From IMG/VR virus record IMGVR_UViG_3300033183_000054, positions 1 through 60,922 of that record: a DNA stretch of 60,922 bases. One strand, 5' to 3'. The notes under the pieces are model-generated. The model had not been told where the DNA came from, did not search any database, and was given only the letters and a program-made list of their open reading frames with translations. Shown in pieces: positions 1-9,387 of this stretch (position 1 is its first letter; each line of letters begins with the position of its first letter). The translations under genes were made by a program, and so were the position numbers. This stretch comes from a virus (taxonomy: Duplodnaviria; Caudoviricetes).

Positions 1-1
1 A

Positions 2-109
2 ACAGATTATTTAGAAATGTACGCTTACATTTCAGGAACATCACCTGTATTTGATTATTTAGCTGATTCCAATACTTGCTTTTTTAATGCACACCTAGTG
101 AGCGTATAA
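2..109 (+). CDS. 3' end of a tail-fibre/tip protein, possibly C1q-like (partial)
   Basis: Open frame from the window edge: TDYLEMYAYISGTSPVFDYLADSNTCFFNAHLVSV*. The beta-strand pattern resembles C1q-like fibre tips. Confidence 0.5.
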   Translation, partial: TDYLEMYAYISGTSPVFDYLADSNTCFFNAHLVSV

Positions 110-166
110 TGTCACCACACGAGGAACTATAAGATGTTTGGCATCAGTGCATTTAAGAAGTAGTTA

Positions 167-688
167 ATGAAAGACTTTATCTGGTATTTGAGCGTAGCAT
201 TAGGAGTAGCGTTTGGGTTACTCGTGACAGAGTATGCTCTTGCCGATAATAAAACAATAATACAATATCAGGGCCAACCTGTGCCAAGTGCGATGGCTCC
301 GAGTATGTCAGCATTTAGTCAGGACGTGTGTGCAGTTCCTGTATCTGGAGGAGCGAACACAGGTGTCTTTGCAATTTCAGGGGGGACTGTTATGACAGAC
401 GATAACTGCGTAAGACTAAAGAATGCAAAGGCACTCCATGACATGGGGCTAAAGGTAGCAGCAGTGTCGTTACTCTGTAAAAACCCAGATGTCTGGGATG
501 CTATGGAAATGTCTGGCAGTCCTTGCCCTGTTGGTGGTTCAGTGGGTGATGCAGCAAGATTGGCGTGGTGGGAACTAGAACCTGCTAGATTTAAGAAATT
601 ATACGGTCAGAACTATGAGGTAAAAAAGTCTCAGGTGAAAGATGAAGAAGCTACTACTTACCCTTATAACCCTGACAACGTGGAGTAA
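167..688 (+). CDS. Exported Cys-containing protein of unknown function
   Basis: 173 aa; N-terminal hydrophobic signal ending ALA|D; four Cys in a Gly/Ser-rich core. Confidence 0.7.
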   Translation: MKDFIWYLSVALGVAFGLLVTEYALADNKTIIQYQGQPVPSAMAPSMSAFSQDVCAVPVSGGANTGVFAISGGTVMTDDNCVRLKNAKALHDMGLKVAAVSLLCKNPDVWDAMEMSGSPCPVGGSVGDAARLAWWELEPARFKKLYGQNYEVKKSQVKDEEATTYPYNPDNVE

Positions 689-1745
689 TTATGGATATAC
701 ATGGTATTGTACTTACAATCAAAACGAAAGTGGTTGGTATGATGGAACGAGTATGGTCTGCACTGACATCAGCGTGGAAGTGGCTCTGGAACAACATTAC
801 TGCGTTTGGCACGCACCTAATGACCCGTACTGTGACGTTTATCAAGCGTGCAGTAACTCAGTTGAGTATAGGACTTTATCGTGCAGTGAGCCGAACACTG
901 TTGGCGTGGTTAATGAAGTTAGGGATTATTATTGTCAAACCAATACATATGGGCCTTGGGTCACTACTTCAGAAAATTGTAGCCCAGCACCAGCGACTTG
1001 TATTGATACTGCAGAGACAAGGGAAATAGCATGCGATTCAGGTTACGAAGGAACAATAACTCAGATAAGGCAGTTCAACTGCTCAACTCCATACGCAGAC
1101 GGTGTGTGGTCAGATTGGGTAGAAACAAACAGAAACTGCACGATGAGCGTGACGGACCCCGTATCGCCGTTATCAACGACTATTCCCCAAGCCCCTTCGG
1201 ATGGTTCTTCAACAGACCCAACAAACCCAGTCTCCACCAGTGTACAACCTCCAGCAATAGACAATGTAACTGCACCGGAGAATGCGCAGGTGTTGACGAC
1301 GACTATGCCGGATTTAGTGCAACCGAAGGAGGAGTCTTCCGAGACCCAACCGAAACAAGAATCGAAGAAAGAAGAAAAGAAAGAGGATACTACGAACAAC
1401 TCAGAAGAAACAGAATCGCAGCAAGAATCAGAGCAAAGCGAAGAAGAGAAGGACGAGGAAGAAACGGAGCAAGCGCCTGACGTACCAAAAGGCAAAGAAT
1501 TAGTTCCAGGGTTTGGGCTAACCATGTCACTGGACGTATTAAACTCTGGGATTCAGATAAACGAGATACAACTGAATGATGTATTAACTCTTGTACAGGA
1601 ACAAGAATATGACAGACAACAAAACATTCTCCTTGACCTTGTCTTCCAAGACGATGTTGACGCTGGTCTTGACAGCATTGCCAATATTAGGTGGCGGAGC
1701 TTATTACGGGATAACCCTTTACAACAAGATGCTTTCGGTGATTAA
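642..1745 (+). CDS. Secreted Cys/Trp-rich repeat protein with acidic low-complexity linker
   Basis: Signal peptide MKKLLLTLITLTTWS; two related C..G..(Q/E).R...C...G.W...(E/T)..NC units; P/T-rich then E/K-rich region. Confidence 0.7.
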   Translation: MKKLLLTLITLTTWSNYGYTWYCTYNQNESGWYDGTSMVCTDISVEVALEQHYCVWHAPNDPYCDVYQACSNSVEYRTLSCSEPNTVGVVNEVRDYYCQTNTYGPWVTTSENCSPAPATCIDTAETREIACDSGYEGTITQIRQFNCSTPYADGVWSDWVETNRNCTMSVTDPVSPLSTTIPQAPSDGSSTDPTNPVSTSVQPPAIDNVTAPENAQVLTTTMPDLVQPKEESSETQPKQESKKEEKKEDTTNNSEETESQQESEQSEEEKDEEETEQAPDVPKGKELVPGFGLTMSLDVLNSGIQINEIQLNDVLTLVQEQEYDRQQNILLDLVFQDDVDAGLDSIANIRWRSLLRDNPLQQDAFGD

Positions 1746-2022
1746 TAAGTTTGACGCGAACAAGGTTATATTATTAGAAGAACAACTGAGTGAGCAACGT
1801 GAGAGATATGTTGAGCTGATGCAAATGAATGTTAGATTACAGGAAAAAGCAAGTGAAGCTATAGCTCAAGCCCGTGAAGCAAAAGCTGTAAGTACAGGTA
1901 CAGCAAGGGAAGTAGACGCATCGTTAACAAGTATTAGAAGCGAAGTTGCTTCGCAGATTGACGCGGTTAAGGATAAAATGAAGGCATTACAAAAAGCGAC
2001 GACGAACCCATTAGCTAAATAA
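1609..2022 (+). CDS. Membrane-anchored coiled-coil protein (possible i-spanin-like lysis accessory)
   Basis: AGGA at 1597-1600 before ATG 1609; one TM helix then heptad coiled coil; directly upstream of holin and endolysin. Confidence 0.55.
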   Translation: MTDNKTFSLTLSSKTMLTLVLTALPILGGGAYYGITLYNKMLSVINKFDANKVILLEEQLSEQRERYVELMQMNVRLQEKASEAIAQAREAKAVSTGTAREVDASLTSIRSEVASQIDAVKDKMKALQKATTNPLAK

Positions 2023-2031
2023 GGAGTATAA

Positions 2032-2517
2032 ATGTTAAGCATAATTTCAGGTATATTAGGTTTTGCAACATCAGGTTTACCTAGTGTTTTAGATTTCTTC
2101 AAACAAAAAGGAGATCAGAAGCATGAACAAGCGATGGCTAGATTGGAAATGGAACGAGCCATGGAAATGGCTAAAGCTGGTTATGCGTCACAAGAACGCA
2201 TCGAAGAGTTCCGAACGGATCAAGTCGAGATGGAAACCTATGCGCAAGAAAGACTCGCACTCTACAAACACGATGCTGAAATCTCGAAGAATGCATCTAC
2301 TTGGGTTATTAATCTCCGTGCTAGTGTTCGCCCCGTTATCACCTATCTTATGCTTTTTGTTCTTTTATTTGTCGATGTGGTAGGTTTAATATGGGCTATT
2401 AAGTCAGGCGTAGATTTTGCTACTGCGATGGAAATAGTTTTTAGCAATGAAGAAATGGCAATCTTTGCAAGTATTATAGGGTTCTGGTTTGGCAGTAGGA
2501 GATGGGATAAAAAATAG
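2032..2517 (+). CDS. Holin (GTA-type 3TM holin family-like)
   Basis: AGGAG RBS; LRASVRPVITY and IIGFWFGSR motifs; TM segments; abuts the endolysin. Confidence 0.8.
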   Translation: MLSIISGILGFATSGLPSVLDFFKQKGDQKHEQAMARLEMERAMEMAKAGYASQERIEEFRTDQVEMETYAQERLALYKHDAEISKNASTWVINLRASVRPVITYLMLFVLLFVDVVGLIWAIKSGVDFATAMEIVFSNEEMAIFASIIGFWFGSRRWDKK

Positions 2518-3002
2518 TGAAAACATCAGAGACAGGTATACACCTCATCAAGTTTTTCGAGGGGGTTAGGTATAAGCCATACATGTGCAGTGGTAATGTA
2601 TGGACTGTCGGTTGTGGTCACGCACTATATCCTAGACAACTATGCATGAATTTAGCTGATAGAGCTAAGTTTGATTTAAAACCAGAAGATAACAGAGAAT
2701 GGACGAAAGAAGAGGTAGATGGATTACTTAAATACGACTTACAACGCTTCGAGCTGGGAGTACTTCGTTTGTTGGGTTCTGTGCAACCAACACAAGCTGA
2801 GTTTGATTCTCTTGTCAGCTTTAGCTTTAATCTTGGTTTGGGGACATTTCAGCGATCGACAGTTCGGTCGGCATTTCTACGAGGTGATAAAACGCGTGCT
2901 GGAGAAGTTCTTCTAAAATATTGTCGTGCAGGTGGTCGTGTATTAAAAGGATTACAAAGACGTAGAATGGCAGAACACGCTATGTTTATGTCTGGAGCTT
3001 AA
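2517..3002 (+). CDS. Endolysin, GH24 phage lysozyme
   Basis: GTG start; catalytic region FEG..Y.C..NVWTVGCGH, FDSLVSFSFNLG, GLQRRRMAE. Confidence 0.92.
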   Translation: MKTSETGIHLIKFFEGVRYKPYMCSGNVWTVGCGHALYPRQLCMNLADRAKFDLKPEDNREWTKEEVDGLLKYDLQRFELGVLRLLGSVQPTQAEFDSLVSFSFNLGLGTFQRSTVRSAFLRGDKTRAGEVLLKYCRAGGRVLKGLQRRRMAEHAMFMSGA

Positions 3003-3003
3003 T

Positions 3004-5145
3004 ATGGCATTAAAGAAACTAACATTTAGACCAGGTATCAATCGTGATATAACTAACTATTCACAAGAAGGTGGATGGTATGCCTGCGATAAGATTAGGT
3101 TTAGAAAAGGCTACCCTGAAAAAATAGGTGGTTGGACAGTTGTAAACTTTGACGCTTTCAAAGGTACTTGTCGTGCTATTTTAACCTATGGCACAACAGA
3201 CAATGCACAATTAGTTAACTTTGGTACTAATGCTAAAGTATATGCAATGTCTGGTACAACTGTCCATGACATCACTCCTCTTAGAGCTACGTTTACTACC
3301 ACTGCTACAGACAATATGTTTGAAACGGTGGACACTTCAACGACATTAACAATTAATTTAGCAGGGCATGGAGCTTCAACAGGAGACTTCGTTACTTTTA
3401 CTGGTTCAACAGATGTAGGCGGTATTCCAGCAGCAGAAATAAATACTGAACATGAAGTTACTCGTGTTGTATCAGGTAATGAATTTGAAGTCACAGTAAC
3501 TACGGCAGCAACATCAACTGTAGCAGCAGGTGGTGGTACAAGTATCACAGCAGCATTTCAAATATCTATTGGGTATGGTAGTTCTACTTATGGTTATGGT
3601 TGGGGCGCAGGTACTTGGGGGCGTGGTACTTGGGGTTCAGGTGCATCAACTCCTGTATCTTTACCAGAAAGACTTTTATTCCTAGAACAGTTTAACAACG
3701 ATATGATATTTAATATCCAAGATGGTGAAATGTATTATTGGCAATATAATGCAGCTTTAACAAGTAGAGCAACTGCTTTAAGTTTATTGACTGGTGCTAG
3801 AGCTGTACCACAACAAGTAGGCAAAGCTATGTTTACAACTAGCGGACATTTATTAGCCCTAGCTTGTACAGAATATGCAAGAGCAACTACAGCAGGACAA
3901 ACTATATCAAGCATTACTAATGTAACTACAACTGCCACTGTAACAACTTCAGCAGCACACGGACTAGATGTAGGTGACTGGGTAGAATTAAGTGGTCAAA
4001 CTCCGATTGCTTATAGGGGTGAGTTTCAAGTTACTGAAGTTCCATCAACAACCACATTTAAAGTAGTTTTATTGTCAGACCCAGGCGGTAGTGCTACAAC
4101 TGTAGGTACTTATGTATCTATAGATTACTCAGGTACTTATGACCCATTATTAATTAGATGGGCTGATGTTAATGCAGATACAGGACCTGTTCCAGAAGAA
4201 TGGAAACCAACTGTTACTAATTCAGCAGGTTTCTTAAGAGTTAAAGGTGGTTCTAAAATTATTACTGGATATAACACTAGACAAGAAACACTTATATTCA
4301 CTGATACAACTTTAAACTCATTACAGTTTTTAGGTACAGATGAGGTGTTTGGTCTACAAAGTATTACATCTAATATTAATATTACTGGACCTAATGTAAT
4401 TACTGAAGCTAATAACATTGTTATGTGGATGGGGCATGACCAATTCTTCCTATATGATGGTCGAGTACAAACATTACCATGTACACTAAAACAGTATATC
4501 TTTGATGATATAAACTTAGGTCAAGCTAACTTATTCTTTGCTGGTAGTAACAGAGAGTTTGATGAAGTAATTTGGTTCTATTGTTCTGACAACGCAGTAA
4601 ACATAGATAGATATGTCATATACAACTATCAAGAACAAATCTGGTATTATGGAACACTTAATAGAACTGCATGGTTTGATTCTCAAATTATTAATTATCC
4701 TCTCGCTGCATCTAACGGATATATTTATAAACATGAAGATGGTATTGATGATGGTCAACCTTTATCTGCAGCAGCACAACCTATTAATGCATACATTCAG
4801 TCAGCAGATTTAACTATAGAAGATGGCGAAAGATTTGTATTAACTAAGAGAGTTATACCTGATGTTAACTTCACTACATCAGATGCAACATCAACTCCTG
4901 AAGTAGAAATGACTGTTGGTGTACGTAATTTCCCAGGTGCATTAGTAAGCACTGATGATGTAGCAGGTAATACTTTAACTCGTGATGTTATTACAACAGC
5001 AACAATTGACCAATATACAAACCAAGTATTTGTAAGAGCTCGTGGTCGTCAAATGAACTTTAAGATTGAGTCTAATAAAGTTGGAACTCAATGGGGATTA
5101 GGTTCTGTAAGAATAGACTTTAAACCTGATGGTAGGAGAGGTTAA
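3004..5145 (+). CDS. Tail nozzle / head-closure protein (tail tubular B or P22 gp10-like)
   Basis: 713 aa beta-rich; N-term LTFRPGINRD and C-term RARGRQ..FKIES..W.LG..RID.KPDGRR; lies just before the ejection genes. Confidence 0.7.
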   Translation: MALKKLTFRPGINRDITNYSQEGGWYACDKIRFRKGYPEKIGGWTVVNFDAFKGTCRAILTYGTTDNAQLVNFGTNAKVYAMSGTTVHDITPLRATFTTTATDNMFETVDTSTTLTINLAGHGASTGDFVTFTGSTDVGGIPAAEINTEHEVTRVVSGNEFEVTVTTAATSTVAAGGGTSITAAFQISIGYGSSTYGYGWGAGTWGRGTWGSGASTPVSLPERLLFLEQFNNDMIFNIQDGEMYYWQYNAALTSRATALSLLTGARAVPQQVGKAMFTTSGHLLALACTEYARATTAGQTISSITNVTTTATVTTSAAHGLDVGDWVELSGQTPIAYRGEFQVTEVPSTTTFKVVLLSDPGGSATTVGTYVSIDYSGTYDPLLIRWADVNADTGPVPEEWKPTVTNSAGFLRVKGGSKIITGYNTRQETLIFTDTTLNSLQFLGTDEVFGLQSITSNINITGPNVITEANNIVMWMGHDQFFLYDGRVQTLPCTLKQYIFDDINLGQANLFFAGSNREFDEVIWFYCSDNAVNIDRYVIYNYQEQIWYYGTLNRTAWFDSQIINYPLAASNGYIYKHEDGIDDGQPLSAAAQPINAYIQSADLTIEDGERFVLTKRVIPDVNFTTSDATSTPEVEMTVGVRNFPGALVSTDDVAGNTLTRDVITTATIDQYTNQVFVRARGRQMNFKIESNKVGTQWGLGSVRIDFKPDGRRG

Positions 5146-5807
5146 TGTCACACGAAATAAAACCTGTAACTCCTCCTAATTTAATTGCTGCTACTAATGA
5201 ATATTCAAGAACAAGAAATGAACAGTTAAATAATGAACTTAGACTTTATTTTAATAGATTAAATGCTAACATCAATACAATATCAAGTACTGCGGGTGGG
5301 TCAGCAATTAGCTTTCCACACATTGTGGCTTATTCAGATGCAGATCAATATGCTGGCGGAGATGATACCCCTACAATAGTTAGCTTTAATAATACCTCTG
5401 ATAATGTAGGATTTACATTTAATACAGATGGTACAGCTAATGCATTGTATGATGGCACTTACAAAATTGAGTATAGACTACAAGCAGTTAATACAGAAAA
5501 CGTAGCTTTAGATGTAGTAGTCTGGCTACAAGTTAACGGAGAAGATGTTGCTGATTCAGCAACTAAATACACAATACCAGCTCGAAAGAGTGCAGGGGTA
5601 TATTCTTATAATATATTAGCAAGCTTTGTGTCTTGGGAAACTTTAGAGAATGATAAATTTGCCTTATATTGGGCTACGGAACAAGCATACGATTCAGGTG
5701 TAACTGATGGTATATATTTAGAAGCTACTGCCGCACAAACAAGTCCTTATGCTCACCCAGAGATACCTTCATCTTATGGGGTTATACAGTATATAGGCAG
5801 GGAATAA
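5145..5807 (+). CDS. Virion tail-associated protein
   Basis: 220 aa, coupled to the previous gene; N-terminal coiled coil plus beta domain. Confidence 0.55.
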   Translation: MSHEIKPVTPPNLIAATNEYSRTRNEQLNNELRLYFNRLNANINTISSTAGGSAISFPHIVAYSDADQYAGGDDTPTIVSFNNTSDNVGFTFNTDGTANALYDGTYKIEYRLQAVNTENVALDVVVWLQVNGEDVADSATKYTIPARKSAGVYSYNILASFVSWETLENDKFALYWATEQAYDSGVTDGIYLEATAAQTSPYAHPEIPSSYGVIQYIGRE

Positions 5808-5842
5808 TATGGTATTATACGATTTATTAACAGGTTAATATT

Positions 5843-7813
5843 ATGGATAGCAAGAAACAAGCGCAAGGCATAGCCGCACTCGGTCGTTATGGTGATACTA
5901 CGTTGATGCATATGCGTCCTGACGAGGTAGCACAACTTACGGCTATATCAAGAGCCGGTGGTGGCGACATTACAATCAACCCTAAAACAGGAATGCCAGA
6001 AGCATTTTTAGGTGACTTTTTTAGTGCTTTAGCTCCAACTATTGCTGGCGCTGGGTTAATGGCTACAGGTGTTGGCGGTGCTTATGCTCCGTATTTAGCA
6101 GCAGGTGCAGGCGGTTTAACTGCTTATGCACAAGGTAAACGAGATCCATTAAGTATTGGTATGGGCGCACTTGGTGGTTATAGTGGTGGTCAAATGGTAG
6201 GAAATTTACCTGGTGGGGCTGCACCTACACCAACTGATGCGGCTGGAGCTACTCCGGCAATAGAACCAGGTACAACTGCTACAGCTGTATATAGTCCACA
6301 AGGAGCAGAAAGTGTAAGTATGTTTACTCCTCAAGGGCAAGGAGGTAGTTTAGGTTTTGGGCAGTCTGTGGGTGATGCTGTTAATGTGGGTGTTGGTTCA
6401 ACTCCAGTAGAATCCTTTCAAACTCCAAGACCCGTATTTGAACAACAAAGCTTAGGACCTATATCAAATGCGCCAAGACCTGATTTTAGTGTAGCTCCTA
6501 CTGGAGGGTTTGACGGAACAACTACTGGTAGTTTAATAAGTAATGCTACAGATAATATAACTTCAGGTATACAAACAGGAGCCCAAAACATAATGGGTAA
6601 CTTGAAGAAAACTGGAGAAGGTATAAAAGAACTCTTCACAAAAGAAGGAGCGATGGACGACTATATCTTAAGACAGGGTGGTAGAAGAGTTGATCCGGTT
6701 ACAGGAGAAGTTATTGAAGAAGGTAGTAAGCTTGCGGGATATGTTAAAACAGGATTACCATTTGCTGGCGCAGGCTACGAAGCATACATGAAAGATGTCT
6801 ATGCAGGGTTACCTAAATATGAAGACTCAGCTGGTATGTATGATCCAACAAGAAAACTAAACTTAGGCATGGATACAGGCTTACGTCTATTAGCACAAGG
6901 CGGTAAAGTAGAAAAATTTGCAGAAGGTAATGTTGTAAGAGACCAAAGCTATTATGGTATTGAGCCTCAATATCAACAAGTAAATACTCAGCCAGGTATG
7001 GGATATTCAGTAGGACCGTTACAAGGATATAATAACCCTTATGTGCGAAACGTTCGAGTTCCAGTTCAAGGCTTCGTTGATGTAGGTGGTAAATTCAAAG
7101 CTGACCCTAAAGGTGATATCACCGACATGGAGTACGAAAAAAGATTTAAATACGTAACAGAAGGCGTTAAAAAACCTGAAGATCAAGATGGCGACATGGA
7201 TGCTATCAGTAAAGGGGCTCAGGCAGGTATGGGTATAAACCCAGTAGTAGCATTAAATCTTGCCCAAGGATATGCAGAATCACAACAATCAGGGTTAGAA
7301 GAACAAGGCTTAGGTCAATTACGTAAAGGTGGTGCTGTTAAATACCAACAAGGTGGCAAAACTACTGCTGAAATGAACACAGCAAAAGCAGCAACACCTC
7401 CACCAGCTACTACTTTAGATATGATGGTAGCTAAAAAGAATGAAGAAGAAATGGCTAAACAAGGTATACCGGCAGGTATAAATATAGAAGCTATTAAAAA
7501 ACAAGCTGGTATGGCTGACGGTGGATTAGCTGGATTAACACCAGACGATGGTAAAATGCTAGAAGGTGCTGGAGACGGTGTAAGCGATGATATTCCTGCT
7601 ATGATAGAGGGTGAACAAGAAGCTGCATTGTCAGATGGAGAATTTATAATACCAGCAAGAATAGTATCTGAACTAGGTAATGGTTCTTCTGATGCTGGCG
7701 CTGAAAAGTTATATAGTATGATAGATAGAATACAAGCATTACGTTCAAAAACTATCGGCGATAATAAAGAATACGCGAAGGATACAAACGCAGAAAGGTT
7801 TCTACCTGTTTGA
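5843..7813 (+). CDS. Internal virion (ejection) protein
   Basis: GRYGDTTLMHM..E and INPKTGMPEAF at the N-term; G.GDG.SDDIPAM..LSDGEFIIPA at the C-term; Gly/Ala-rich membrane-like segment. Confidence 0.7.
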   Translation: MDSKKQAQGIAALGRYGDTTLMHMRPDEVAQLTAISRAGGGDITINPKTGMPEAFLGDFFSALAPTIAGAGLMATGVGGAYAPYLAAGAGGLTAYAQGKRDPLSIGMGALGGYSGGQMVGNLPGGAAPTPTDAAGATPAIEPGTTATAVYSPQGAESVSMFTPQGQGGSLGFGQSVGDAVNVGVGSTPVESFQTPRPVFEQQSLGPISNAPRPDFSVAPTGGFDGTTTGSLISNATDNITSGIQTGAQNIMGNLKKTGEGIKELFTKEGAMDDYILRQGGRRVDPVTGEVIEEGSKLAGYVKTGLPFAGAGYEAYMKDVYAGLPKYEDSAGMYDPTRKLNLGMDTGLRLLAQGGKVEKFAEGNVVRDQSYYGIEPQYQQVNTQPGMGYSVGPLQGYNNPYVRNVRVPVQGFVDVGGKFKADPKGDITDMEYEKRFKYVTEGVKKPEDQDGDMDAISKGAQAGMGINPVVALNLAQGYAESQQSGLEEQGLGQLRKGGAVKYQQGGKTTAEMNTAKAATPPPATTLDMMVAKKNEEEMAKQGIPAGINIEAIKKQAGMADGGLAGLTPDDGKMLEGAGDGVSDDIPAMIEGEQEAALSDGEFIIPARIVSELGNGSSDAGAEKLYSMIDRIQALRSKTIGDNKEYAKDTNAERFLPV

Positions 7814-8223
7814 AGCGAGTTGAATTAGTAAATCCTAACCATGTATATCATGTGTGGGATAAAGTAGAAAAACATTTAGAAGGTGGATTAAGTAAATCAG
7901 GTGGTGAGTATAATATACATCATCTAAAACAATATCTAACTTCAGGACAACAAACACTGTTGGTTATTATAGATGAAGAACATAATATTCACGGTGCAAT
8001 AGCAATAGAGTTTACCAACTTTCCAAATGAGCGTATAGCTTATATAACTTCGATAGGTGGTAGACACATGACTTCCCCAGATTTATGGGAACAGTTTGAA
8101 AATATACTTAGACAACTGGGTGCAACGACAATAAGAGGTGGAGCACATGAATCAGTCGCTAGGTTATGGAGAAAATTATTTAAGTTTGAGCAGCGTTACA
8201 TCGTTGTGGAGAAAAGATTATGA
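7810..8223 (+). CDS. GNAT-fold-like virion assembly protein (T7 gp13/P22 gp14 positional analogue)
   Basis: 137 aa between ejection genes; alternating helix/strand pattern ending ARLWRKLFKF. Confidence 0.5.
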   Translation: MKRVELVNPNHVYHVWDKVEKHLEGGLSKSGGEYNIHHLKQYLTSGQQTLLVIIDEEHNIHGAIAIEFTNFPNERIAYITSIGGRHMTSPDLWEQFENILRQLGATTIRGGAHESVARLWRKLFKFEQRYIVVEKRL

Positions 8224-9383
8224 TGTGGTTACATAAAATATTAAGTCCTAAATTTTGGGTAGAAATGTTTACCTTCTATGGTGGCGGTTCGTCAGGCGGC
8301 GGGGGTTCATCTACGACTAAATCTGTTACAACTAACCTACCTGAGTATGCGCAACCGTTCTATGAAGAATTACTAAAACAATCTGGTAAACAGATTTATA
8401 AGACAGGTCCTTCAGGACAGGTAACTGGTATCAAGCAGTATCAACCATATACAGGGCAACGCGTAGCTCCATTTAGTGCTGAACAACAAGCGGTACAACA
8501 AGAAGTTGCAGGTATGACTACACCAGGTCAGTTTCAAACTGCAGCAAGTACATTAGGTACGGTAGGTAGTCAAGCAGGTACAGCAGCTCAAGCAGGGCTT
8601 CAACAAGCATTAGCTTATCAGCCAGGCACTATCACTCCACAACAAGTGCAGACTGGACAGTTTACTCAGCCGGGTGTAGCTCAAAGTTATATGGACCCTT
8701 ATACACAAGCTGTAGTTGACGTACAAAAAAGAGAAGCCTTAAGACAAGCTAATATACAAAAGAACCAAGCGGCTATGGCTTCTATCGGACGAGGCACATT
8801 TGGTGGTGGTCGTGAAGCTTTAATGAAAACAGAACGTGACCGTGCTACACAAGACCTACTAAATAAAATACAAGCTGAAGGTGGTTCAAGGGCTTTCCAA
8901 CAGGCTCAACAAGCATTCCAAGCTGACCAAGCAAGACAACTACAAGCGGCACAAGCTAATCAACAGGCAGCTCTACAAGCAGCTCAAATGGGTCAACAAG
9001 CTCAACAGTTTCAAGCAGGTCTTGGTAAAGATGTAGGGTTAGCTGGATTAGGTACAGGGTTAGAGACTGCAAAAGCAACAGGTCAATTAGGTGCTACAGA
9101 GCAAATGGCAAACCTTGAAAGACTCAAAGCTCAAGCTGCAAGTGCAGGTGAAAAACAAGCATTACAACAAGAGATTAATAACTTGAAGTATCAACAGTTC
9201 AAAGAAGCTCAAGATTACCAAAGAGGTCTCTTGGAGTATCAATCAAACATTCTACGAGGTACTGCAGGTGCTCTTGGTTCTACTCAAGTGGCTTATGCTC
9301 CAGCACCAAGTTTAGCATCACAACTAGGTGGTCTAGGTCTAGCAGGTCTAGGTTTATACAACATTCTAGGTAAACAGGGTTAA
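8220..9383 (+). CDS. DNA ejection/pilot protein
   Basis: GGGSSGGGGSS after a short leader; Gln/Ala-rich helices; Gly-rich hydrophobic C-terminus. Confidence 0.7.
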   Translation: MMWLHKILSPKFWVEMFTFYGGGSSGGGGSSTTKSVTTNLPEYAQPFYEELLKQSGKQIYKTGPSGQVTGIKQYQPYTGQRVAPFSAEQQAVQQEVAGMTTPGQFQTAASTLGTVGSQAGTAAQAGLQQALAYQPGTITPQQVQTGQFTQPGVAQSYMDPYTQAVVDVQKREALRQANIQKNQAAMASIGRGTFGGGREALMKTERDRATQDLLNKIQAEGGSRAFQQAQQAFQADQARQLQAAQANQQAALQAAQMGQQAQQFQAGLGKDVGLAGLGTGLETAKATGQLGATEQMANLERLKAQAASAGEKQALQQEINNLKYQQFKEAQDYQRGLLEYQSNILRGTAGALGSTQVAYAPAPSLASQLGGLGLAGLGLYNILGKQG

Positions 9384-9387
9384 TATT

